This document shows positions 48,747-56,960 of a DNA stretch of 64,000 nt, piece by piece. Each line of letters begins with the position of its first letter. Position 1 is the stretch's first letter. The notes under the pieces are model-generated. The model was not told where the DNA came from and did no database searches. It saw nothing but the letters and a program-made list of their open reading frames with translations. The DNA is from Candidatus Latescibacterota bacterium (GTDB lineage Bacteria; Latescibacterota; UBA2968; UBA8231): positions 2,144,001-2,208,000 of the forward strand of contig OZ241362.1 of NCBI GenBank assembly GCA_965200315.1. The letters are read 5' to 3'. The translations under genes were made by a program, and so were the position numbers.

Positions 48747-50717
48747 TTAATAGACCACGGCGACGGTTCCCGCTAGCTGATCGCCGCCTTTTTCTGACTC
48801 CACCGATAGGCGATAAACATACAGGCCCGGAGGCACCCGCTCGCCGCTTTCGTCCCGGCCATCCCAAGAAAAGCGCAGGCCACCGCTGTGCTGTTGCCCG
48901 TCGTGGATTACCCGCAGCGAGCGGCCGGACAGATCGAAGACAGCGAGGCGCAAGGGCACCTCTTGGGTTACCTGTAATAGCTTAAAAGAGAAGTGGATCT
49001 GCTCGTTTATCCCGTCGCCATTGGGGGTGGCAATTTTCGGCTGCACCTCCAGATCGTCTAGTAGGCGACGGGAAATCGAGGTGCGGACCGTGAGTACCTC
49101 GCTCACTATCTCGCTCGCCGCATCGCCGCGATTGATAGGTTGCGCTAGCTCCAAGGGGCGCTGCGAGTCCCGCACCCAGCCGCGAAAGGTCGTGCCGTAG
49201 CGCAGCACTGGAGCGCGAAAAAACACCTCGATCACTCCGCCGGAATCCCCGGATGTACGCGGGGGAAACAAGGCGACCGCAAAGCGCAGCGAATCCGGCG
49301 AGATATGCACGGCAAAGCTATCCAAGCCAGTGGCTTGGACCGAATCCACGCTAGCCACGCCAAAGGGCGCGGCAATTTCTACGGAGTCAAAACCCGAGTG
49401 CTGTGCGCGGATGATGGGCTGAATGGCATACCTAAACGACGCGATCTCGCCCAGAGCAACCTCGGGGGGATATATTTCGCCCAGCACCTCCTCGGCCAGC
49501 GGCGGCTTGGTCGCCGAGAATTCGATGAACTCTAGCTCTCCGCCTTCACTGCCTACGGGCAAAAAATCGACCCGCAGTTGCAAGACCGAATTGGGGCCGG
49601 GCGAGGCGATGGCAGTGCCGCTGCTGTCGGCGAACGCATAGGGCGACGACCAGAAGCTCCAGTTGTCAATGTCGTAGGTGATTTCGCCGGCCTCGCCCGG
49701 TTTGAGAAAGAGGTAGTCCGTAGCGTCGAGGGGCTGCCCTGCTTCGTCGAGCGACGTCACTTCATCGCCGCGGCCGGTGAAGCGCCAATACACGTTTGGA
49801 TCGAGATCCTTCCCGGCCCGCGATTGGATCCAGACGCGGGCGCGGGGATCCTGGCGGCCGCGCCAGCGGATGTCGCCCCACACGGCCGGCTCGCCGAGGT
49901 CGATAAATGGGCTGACGTACGATGCTTGGTGCGCGTAGCCCACGCCATAGACTTCCACTTCGCCGATGTGCAGGGCCTTGGGCGACGCACGGAGGAGCAA
50001 CAGCCCCACGCTGCGGGCGAGGGCCGGGGGAAAGCGCACGTCTATGGTGTCCTGCACGTTTTCGGGAAGCTCAAAGACGAGCTGGCCGCCGACGCGGGCA
50101 GCACCATACCCGGATACGGTGTCTTTCTTCTGCACACCTAAGTCGGCACTCACGTACAACCCGTCGGGATACAGGCCGCTCTCAGCGGCGACGACCCGCA
50201 CTCTGTTCACAAAAAACAGGCCGCCGAGGTCCATGGTAACGCGCCGCGATTCCAAGTAGCGCTGGCCCGTGAATCGGCTCTGAATGCCTGCCACCCATTC
50301 CCAGAACGTCGTTGGGTCGGCGTCGATCATGTTCTTGGACAGATCGGTGATGGAATAGCTCGCTACCCCGCTCACCCGCACGTAAGGCCCCCCGTTCCGC
50401 TCGGGACTAGTGAGAGCGATATTGGTCGCCGGCGTCAAAAGGATCGGCCGCAGCTTTCCGGCGGTGAGGGCCTCGGTGTCGAGGCTTTGCTCCTCCTCAA
50501 AGTCGCTCCAAGACAATTGATGGAAATTCACTCCGGCCTCGCTCGGGCGGGGCAGGTCCTCGCCGCCGATGCGATAAAACTCCACGGCCCCGCTCCTTTC
50601 TAGGGCGAGCGCGGCGAATGCGAGGGCTAGTAGCGTCCTTAAGTACGCGACACCCGCTCGAGCACATCTTCGTGCGGGCTTCTGACCCGGCCGCAACCGT
50701 AGCGTCCTTTTTCTCAT
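48747..50717 (-). CDS. Secreted TPNGDGINE/FlgD-CTD protein (paralogue B)
   Basis: MID.DP.T, MDLGG, QSRAG...WSFWSSPY...SPGP, ATPNGDGINE...WDGRD...PGLY...VAVVY. Start position uncertain. Confidence 0.78.
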   Translation of the reverse strand: MRKRTLRLRPGQKPARRCARAGVAYLRTLLALAFAALALERSGAVEFYRIGGEDLPRPSEAGVNFHQLSWSDFEEEQSLDTEALTAGKLRPILLTPATNIALTSPERNGGPYVRVSGVASYSITDLSKNMIDADPTTFWEWVAGIQSRFTGQRYLESRRVTMDLGGLFFVNRVRVVAAESGLYPDGLYVSADLGVQKKDTVSGYGAARVGGQLVFELPENVQDTIDVRFPPALARSVGLLLLRASPKALHIGEVEVYGVGYAHQASYVSPFIDLGEPAVWGDIRWRGRQDPRARVWIQSRAGKDLDPNVYWRFTGRGDEVTSLDEAGQPLDATDYLFLKPGEAGEITYDIDNWSFWSSPYAFADSSGTAIASPGPNSVLQLRVDFLPVGSEGGELEFIEFSATKPPLAEEVLGEIYPPEVALGEIASFRYAIQPIIRAQHSGFDSVEIAAPFGVASVDSVQATGLDSFAVHISPDSLRFAVALFPPRTSGDSGGVIEVFFRAPVLRYGTTFRGWVRDSQRPLELAQPINRGDAASEIVSEVLTVRTSISRRLLDDLEVQPKIATPNGDGINEQIHFSFKLLQVTQEVPLRLAVFDLSGRSLRVIHDGQQHSGGLRFSWDGRDESGERVPPGLYVYRLSVESEKGGDQLAGTVAVVY

Positions 50718-50729
50718 AGCCTCAGCCCC

Positions 50730-53426
50730 TTAGTCGAGCCCGGCATAGACCGTCACAAATTGGGATGCGCCAGTAAAGGCGTCTTCTCCCTTGCGGTCGA
50801 TTCGGCTGACTCGCAGGCCCATCTGGGTGGTCAAACTGTACCCGAGATATGCGCCTGTATTGGAGTACTGGATGGCGAGCACCGTCTCTCGATAGTCTGG
50901 CTGCAATCCCAAGGCCCGCACTTTTTCCGCGTCTTCGAGCTGGCTGAATATGGTGTACTCCAGCCCGGCTCTCAGTTCGGAACTAGTCAAAATTGCGACC
51001 TCGCCGATCAAGAACAAGAGCAGGGCGTTTTCTTTGCGCACGGGATCGTTGCTCAAAAGCGGCGCTTCGCGGCGATGTTCGTTCTTGATCTTGGGGGCCA
51101 GCAGCACGCGGCCGACTTCGCGCCGGTACTCGGCCTTGTTGATCAGGCCGAAGAACTGGAAGTTTTCGCGCATGTCCGGCTGCGCGTCGTTTTGGTGCCA
51201 GATGTCGTATTTCAGCTTGTTGGTAACGGTCAGGCCGGGGATGCTGGTATAGTCAAAACTGGCAAATGCGGAATTGATGTAGGTGTTGGGCGCGGCCAAG
51301 GGGTCTTCTATCCGCTGCAACGCGCCTGGGGCACCAGTCGGCTGCACCCACTGGACGACGTTGTCTGCGATCTCGTCCTCGACCCGCTTGAACATGTCAA
51401 AGACGCGGACCCGACCCACACCGGCGATGTCTTTGTCCCACGTAACAATCCCGTACGCGGTCTGTTCGCGCTTCTTAGCCGAGAGCATGCGCTCCCGTTT
51501 GTAGCCGGCGGTCAGTCGCATCTCGGGCGTGAGGTGCATCCCGACATACGCATTGTAGCCGCGGCGATTGCGGTCGTATGGATAATCCGGGTCCTCGTCG
51601 TTTTCAAAGCGGTCGATCCAGAAGTTGTTGTTCATGTCCATGCCAAACAAAAACTCCGGGCGATCTACATGGTAGCGCAGGAAAGGCTCCTCGTAGTCAG
51701 GGACGAAGTTCGGCCGGAACTCGTTGTCGTTTTGGTTGAAATCCGAGATGAAGTCGAGGTTTTCGTCCCACCCGGGGAAAATCCGCAAATCCGGCCCGAA
51801 CTGGTTGAGGCGCAGCCAGTCGGGGATGCGGTCTTGATCGTCGTTGTCGTCCACCCACTCGTAGTAATTGGTCGTTGGGTCGGTGTAGTCAATGTCGCCG
51901 GAAGGCGAGGCGATTAGGCTGGTGGTGCCGTAGTTGTAATCCATGCTATAGGTCTCGGCAAAGAGGAAATAGGGATAGCTCTTCTTCGACAAATTGACCA
52001 TATAGGCATTGGCTTGATCCGCGGCCGTGTGGTGGGTCGCAAACGCGCGGTTCGGGTATTTGCGATAGTGCCGACTGCGGTCGAATTCCGCGTACAGATC
52101 AAAACCCAGCACTTCCTGCACCTCCAAGGTAAACCCATAGATGTCGTTGCCCGTAGGCAAGCCGTAGTCGAGGCGCAACAACCCCAAGTTGGACCCGTCC
52201 TGCACGTTGCCCTCCGCCCGCTTCGCCGTCAGAAAAACGGGCTGCCCCTCGGGTATGTTGAGCTGGCGATCCGAGCTCATCTCAATGTGGTAGTCGTTGG
52301 CCACCACCAACTCGATCTGCGTGCGGCGAATGGTCGAAAGCTCCGGGCCACTGTACGACGGGGAGCGGAAATCGTAGGTCATTTCGATGCGCTCGTCGCC
52401 ATCGGCCGCGAGGAATCCAAGGCGTTGTAAGCCACCGTCAATGATCGGCTCAAAGCCGATTTGGCTGCCCCGCACCGTTTCCTTCTCGACCTCGACGACG
52501 CGCTCGCCTGCTTCTGTTTCGCGCACTATCTCAGTCTCGGATTCAATGATAATGTCCCACGAAAAGAGGGCCGCCCCGCCCTCGCGGTCTTCGGGCGAAT
52601 CATCGCTCAGGCGGATGAAGATCTGCCCGACGTGCTCCAAGTTTTGCCCAACCGTCAGCGAGCCGGTCCACGGGTTGCCCTCAAAGCTCTCCAACAGGGT
52701 TTGCGAGTTGTGGGCGTTGATATAGAGGCCACCTACCTCGACAAAGTCGCCGATCTGCGTCGTGCCGTAGAAGCCCAACAAATTGGTACTATTGGTGGTT
52801 TCAACAGACACGCTCCGCGCCAGCCCGGGGGAGCTAATCCGCGACATCAAGACGGTCAGGCTGTACTTGTCGGACTGAAAGTCGGCCTGTATGCCGTCGA
52901 AGGCCGGCTTGGAGAACGTCATCGGTGTCAGCGTGGTGCGAATCATGCTGCCGATCGTCAGGGCCAAGTTGTTTTGCCCCTTTTGGTCGGAAGCAATCAC
53001 GAGCTGGTTGAACCACGCGCTGAACCGAGAGGTCTTGAATACCGTACTGCCAAACTGCTGGGGCTGATTCTGGCTCCAGTCGTAGATGAGCCAGCCGCGG
53101 TTGATGAAAGACCCATAGAGGTCGTAAAAATAATCGCCCTCTATGTCGCTGGAGACGTAGCGCTGGTACAGGTCGCGGGCGTAGTTGGTGTATTCCCATT
53201 GCTTCCAGCCGTAGAGCTGATATAGCTCTTGGGGCACGTACCAACGCCGCACGGCCGGATCTAAGGAGTCGAAAAGCACCCCCGGCCCGATGGGTTCATA
53301 CGAGACCTCACCGCCCCGCTGCACGCCCAACCTACGGCCGTAATCTTCCCTTCCCTGCGCGCCAATATCGCCGCCCGTCGCCGCGGCAATCAGGGCTGTG
53401 AGCAAAAGCAAATTCCGTCTGGCCAC
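50730..53426 (-). CDS. Large exported protein, putative outer-membrane beta-barrel with acidic Ca-binding-like repeats
   Basis: Signal peptide; DDNDDQDRIPDW, DENLDFISD, DMNNNFWID; C-terminal third made of alternating amphipathic strands ending FVTVYAGLD. Confidence 0.65.
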   Translation of the reverse strand: MARRNLLLLTALIAAATGGDIGAQGREDYGRRLGVQRGGEVSYEPIGPGVLFDSLDPAVRRWYVPQELYQLYGWKQWEYTNYARDLYQRYVSSDIEGDYFYDLYGSFINRGWLIYDWSQNQPQQFGSTVFKTSRFSAWFNQLVIASDQKGQNNLALTIGSMIRTTLTPMTFSKPAFDGIQADFQSDKYSLTVLMSRISSPGLARSVSVETTNSTNLLGFYGTTQIGDFVEVGGLYINAHNSQTLLESFEGNPWTGSLTVGQNLEHVGQIFIRLSDDSPEDREGGAALFSWDIIIESETEIVRETEAGERVVEVEKETVRGSQIGFEPIIDGGLQRLGFLAADGDERIEMTYDFRSPSYSGPELSTIRRTQIELVVANDYHIEMSSDRQLNIPEGQPVFLTAKRAEGNVQDGSNLGLLRLDYGLPTGNDIYGFTLEVQEVLGFDLYAEFDRSRHYRKYPNRAFATHHTAADQANAYMVNLSKKSYPYFLFAETYSMDYNYGTTSLIASPSGDIDYTDPTTNYYEWVDDNDDQDRIPDWLRLNQFGPDLRIFPGWDENLDFISDFNQNDNEFRPNFVPDYEEPFLRYHVDRPEFLFGMDMNNNFWIDRFENDEDPDYPYDRNRRGYNAYVGMHLTPEMRLTAGYKRERMLSAKKREQTAYGIVTWDKDIAGVGRVRVFDMFKRVEDEIADNVVQWVQPTGAPGALQRIEDPLAAPNTYINSAFASFDYTSIPGLTVTNKLKYDIWHQNDAQPDMRENFQFFGLINKAEYRREVGRVLLAPKIKNEHRREAPLLSNDPVRKENALLLFLIGEVAILTSSELRAGLEYTIFSQLEDAEKVRALGLQPDYRETVLAIQYSNTGAYLGYSLTTQMGLRVSRIDRKGEDAFTGASQFVTVYAGLD

Positions 53427-53454
53427 TGTGCGTCGTCCTTTGTTTATTTCCGCG

Positions 53455-55179
53455 TCAATAGGCAATGGTCACCACGCTGCTGCTGCGCTCGGTGCCACTG
53501 TCGGTCTCCACTTCGACTTGCAGAATGTAAACCCCGGGCAGCAGTAGCCCGCCCTGTGCGTCTCGGCCATCCCAGAGGCGCTCAAACCGCCCGCTCCCGC
53601 GGCCAGCGCCCGGCAGATCTACGACCTGATTGCGCGCCAAGTCGTAGATCTGCAGCGCAACCGGCGCTCGGCCCGTCAGATAGAGCAGATCGTAGGTAAG
53701 AGTCGTGTGATCGTTGATTCCGTCGCCGTTGGGCGTGAACACCGGCGGCGTTGCAGACACCCGATGTACCAAGCGCTGGCCCTTCAAGGGCACCCGCACG
53801 CTCAGGTCGTCTCCCGCAAAGAGGGGAGCAGCGTTGCCGCTTGCGATCGCTTGGGGCAGTGCCCTCTCGCGTGTGGTGTCGAGGAGACGTCCGGTAAACA
53901 CAGTCTCATAGCGCAGCACGGCCGTGTCGAAAACCACTTGCAGGGCGCGATTGCCGGTCTGGCGCACAAAGCTAACTCGCAGTCCCTTGGCCCCTAATTC
54001 CTCGCTGAACTCGATCTCTTGGTCATCTACGCGCAACTCGCGCAAGGCGCGGACCGGAGCCGGGGTGTCGATTTCCAAGCGGTCGAATCCCTCGGCATCC
54101 GTCACTTCGATGGTATAGACAAAGCTCGTATCCACGCCTACGGGGACCTCCTGTGGCCATATCTCGCCGACGATCGCCTGCGCCAAGGCCGGGCGAAAGA
54201 CCTCGAAGGCGAGTGAATCCACGGCCATGCCGTCTTCTAGCCCATCGCTCTCCAACACCATACTGAACTGGAAATAGCGGCGCGGGGCCGGCGAGAGGAT
54301 CGGATCGCCGCTGTTCCGATAGGGCGTGGACCAAGGGCTCCAAGTATCAGGCTCGTCGTCCGGCGCGGGACTGCTGCCGCTGCGGGTGCGCACGATGAGC
54401 CGCGACCGCTGCGGCAAGCCCACTTGCTCGGTGGCCCATTGCAGCCGGCCCCACAGCGCATCCTGCTCCATGTCGAAGACCTCGGACAGGTAATCCGCCT
54501 CGGGCACAAACCCGCTGCCAAAAATTTCCAATTCGTCGATTTCCCAGTTGAACCGCTGCGTGGACTCTAGGCGGATATAGCGCACGTATTGCAAGGGGAA
54601 CCGCACGTCGATGGTGTCGCGGCTATTGCTGCCGTCTTGGGCCATGACCGTTACCAAGGTCTTGTCCGGCAGCTTATCGACCGAGGCGGCTACGATATCT
54701 GCACCGAATGCGCCGTCGTTGATGGAGAGCACGTAGCCTTTCATAAAGTCGCTTTTGAAGGCTTGGCGAGGGAAAAAGCGAATGTGATTGACGCCAAACC
54801 GAGCGCCTAAATCGACGACTAGGAGGATGCCGGTGGCCACCACATCCTTGGCCTCAAAAGCCGTGTTTGGATCACCATCCACCATGCTGTGCAAACGCTC
54901 TTTAAGCACGTCCGAGGTCAGGCGCAAAACGGCTTGGGCGTTGGGCGAAGTCACCCGGCCGCCGCGTTCGAGGAGCCCCGTGGCGATATTGGTGTTTTCC
55001 TCCACGCTGCGGGGCTGAATCCAGCCGGCGCGGCTGCTGAAGTCGATGAGCGGCGCGGCTGCGGCCGCCTCCTGCCAAGTTGTGCCGCTTACGTCGCCTC
55101 CAACCACGATGTTTTCCGTCGCCAAGGCCGCCGCAGCGAGCAACCCCACTAACGCCAAGGCATTGCGCTGTCTGCTCAT
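53455..55179 (-). CDS. Secreted FTPNGDGIND/FlgD-CTD protein (paralogue A)
   Basis: MVDGDPNT, VDLG, RTRSG...WSPWSTPY...SPAPRRY, VFTPNGDGIND...WDGRD...PGVY...TIAY. Confidence 0.8.
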   Translation of the reverse strand: MSRQRNALALVGLLAAAALATENIVVGGDVSGTTWQEAAAAAPLIDFSSRAGWIQPRSVEENTNIATGLLERGGRVTSPNAQAVLRLTSDVLKERLHSMVDGDPNTAFEAKDVVATGILLVVDLGARFGVNHIRFFPRQAFKSDFMKGYVLSINDGAFGADIVAASVDKLPDKTLVTVMAQDGSNSRDTIDVRFPLQYVRYIRLESTQRFNWEIDELEIFGSGFVPEADYLSEVFDMEQDALWGRLQWATEQVGLPQRSRLIVRTRSGSSPAPDDEPDTWSPWSTPYRNSGDPILSPAPRRYFQFSMVLESDGLEDGMAVDSLAFEVFRPALAQAIVGEIWPQEVPVGVDTSFVYTIEVTDAEGFDRLEIDTPAPVRALRELRVDDQEIEFSEELGAKGLRVSFVRQTGNRALQVVFDTAVLRYETVFTGRLLDTTRERALPQAIASGNAAPLFAGDDLSVRVPLKGQRLVHRVSATPPVFTPNGDGINDHTTLTYDLLYLTGRAPVALQIYDLARNQVVDLPGAGRGSGRFERLWDGRDAQGGLLLPGVYILQVEVETDSGTERSSSVVTIAY

Positions 55180-55237
55180 ATCGCCTCTTGGGAGAGTTGC
55201 GCTTCACCGGATCAATCAGTTCAGTACCTTCAACAGG

Positions 55238-55513
55238 CTACTGGGTGATAGCAAGCCGGATGTTCAGTGTATCCAGCACTTTAAAGAGCGTGTCAATGCG
55301 CGGGTTTCCCTCGCTGGATAGCGCACGGTACAACGCCTGCCGTCCTAGACCGCTGGATTCGGCGATCGAGGACATTCCCTTGGCCCGGGCGACATTGCCG
55401 AGAGCCTTGGCGAAGTACTGCGGATCGTTTTCTTCTAGCACTACGTTGAGGTATTCAATCAACGCCTCATCGTTATTGAGAAAATCGATTACGTCGAATT
55501 TTTTGAGCTTCAT
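55238..55513 (-). CDS. Addiction module antidote (HTH antitoxin)
   Basis: FD..DFL, ALGNVARAKGM..IA...GLGRQALYRALS.EGNP; RBS AAGGAGG. Confidence 0.9.
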   Translation of the reverse strand: MKLKKFDVIDFLNNDEALIEYLNVVLEENDPQYFAKALGNVARAKGMSSIAESSGLGRQALYRALSSEGNPRIDTLFKVLDTLNIRLAITQ

Positions 55514-55811
55514 GATGCCTCCTTAATATCTCGCTCGCCATTTGCTGAGCGCGTTTGATGTCTTGCTGCTGCGTCGATTTGTCGCCACCGCATAGCAGGA
55601 TCACCACGGTATTTCGTCGAATTGTGTAGTAGGCGCGATAGCCCTTGCCGACATTGATTCGGAGCTCGCTGACCCCGTCGCCAACCGATTTGTGGTCTCC
55701 AAAGTTGCCGTCTTCGATGCGTTCGATTCGGGAAACAATCGAGACCCTAGCGCGTTGATCACCGAGTCGCTTGAGCCAATTCTCAAAGACCTCGGTATAG
55801 ACGATTTCCAC
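55473..55811 (-). CDS. Addiction module killer protein (RelE/HigB-like toxin)
   Basis: FENWL..L.D, RIERI..GNFGD.KSVG.GVSELRI..G.GYR.YY, LLCGGDKSTQ..DI. Start set at GTG 55811. Confidence 0.88.
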   Translation of the reverse strand: MEIVYTEVFENWLKRLGDQRARVSIVSRIERIEDGNFGDHKSVGDGVSELRINVGKGYRAYYTIRRNTVVILLCGGDKSTQQQDIKRAQQMASEILRRHHEAQKIRRNRFSQ

Positions 55812-55818
55812 AGGCGCA

Positions 55819-55846
55819 ATGTCCCTTTTTAGGGACATATTGTCAA
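55819..55846 (-). promoter_or_regulatory. TA promoter with palindromic operator
   Basis: TTGACA (55841-55846, minus strand) followed by the palindrome ATGTCCCT-N4-AGGGACAT (55819-55838), which covers the spacer and -10 region. Confidence 0.65.
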
Positions 55847-55883
55847 GTAGATCATGGTGTCGTGTACCAAGCGGAAAAGATAT

Positions 55884-55922
55884 AAAAAACCGCCATGCCA
55901 GGTCGGAAGCCCGGCATGGCGG
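55884..55922 (-). terminator. Rho-independent terminator
   Basis: Minus strand CCGCCAUGCC...GGCAUGGCGG followed by U6. Confidence 0.8.
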
Positions 55923-55951
55923 CATTCAATCTACGCACCTAAAGCAACTAA

Positions 55952-56836
55952 CTACTCGGCAAACGTGGATTTGAGCCGGCCCCAGCCAATTTCCTCTACG
56001 GCCGTGGGTTCGGCCGTGGCTTGGGAAGCCCAATCGATATCCGGATCGATGGGAGCCAGCAGAAAGTCGGAGAGCAAATCGCCCTGGAAGTAGCTATCCG
56101 TGGCCCCACTCAGGGTCCAATAGCCCTCGTAGCCGCCAATTTCCAGATCGTCGTCGTCGATGATCGTGAAGTGGAAGCCCGTGATATTGCCCTCGACCAA
56201 GGAGCCGATAGTGCTCTGGTCAATCCCGTTCCAGTTCAGGTTGTCGAAGGGGGTTAGCATGTACTCGGCTCGGAAGAAACCCTCCCCGCCTTCATCGGCG
56301 GTCTGGGAGTTAGCGAACTGCCCATAGGGCGGCTCAGTAATCCACTGGGCTTTGCCCCAGTGGTTGAGGCCCGGGCCGCCTTGGTTGAAACCATAGTTTT
56401 GGGCGTGGGCTCCGTGCAGCAGATCCTTCTGATCTTGGTCTTCCACGTCGGGCCACACGTTGAACATGCCGCCGCTGTGGTCCGCGTCGAACACCATCTC
56501 CATAGGCTCCCAGCCAGTGACGACCCAGATGGCGTCGTCGAACCGATCCTCCATCACGTAGAGCTTGTTGGTGGTGGGGTTCCAGCCGACGATGGCCCGC
56601 AGTGCTAGGTCGGTGGCATCCCACGCGGTGCCTACGCCTCTCACGGTCTCGGTTAGCTGCTCGTGGTTGATCCAGTAGGCATCGGGAATGACGTCCCACT
56701 CGACGAGGTTGCCGTCAACAGTGGGAATATTGGCGTCCGGGAATTGCACGGCTACAAACACCACATCTACGGGCAGGTGTGCCCAGCTAGGGGTGGCCGC
56801 GAGTGCGACAGCAAAAATCAGAGCGAGTTTCTTCAT
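55952..56836 (-). CDS. Secreted CBM9/DOMON-like protein with TAVE..WGxxK C-terminal tail
   Basis: Signal peptide; PTVDGNLVEW; GFHFTIIDDD; tail PTAVEEIGWGRLKSTFAE. Confidence 0.7.
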   Translation of the reverse strand: MKKLALIFAVALAATPSWAHLPVDVVFVAVQFPDANIPTVDGNLVEWDVIPDAYWINHEQLTETVRGVGTAWDATDLALRAIVGWNPTTNKLYVMEDRFDDAIWVVTGWEPMEMVFDADHSGGMFNVWPDVEDQDQKDLLHGAHAQNYGFNQGGPGLNHWGKAQWITEPPYGQFANSQTADEGGEGFFRAEYMLTPFDNLNWNGIDQSTIGSLVEGNITGFHFTIIDDDDLEIGGYEGYWTLSGATDSYFQGDLLSDFLLAPIDPDIDWASQATAEPTAVEEIGWGRLKSTFAE

Positions 56837-56960
56837 TGCTTTACTCCATTGGAAAGAGGTTGGAAAACCTATAACTTCTCTGCAGATGCTTTTGCTATAA
56901 CGCTACATTGTACGGAATTTATTTCTCACTTGTCAAACTTTTCCGATAAGATGCAAAATT

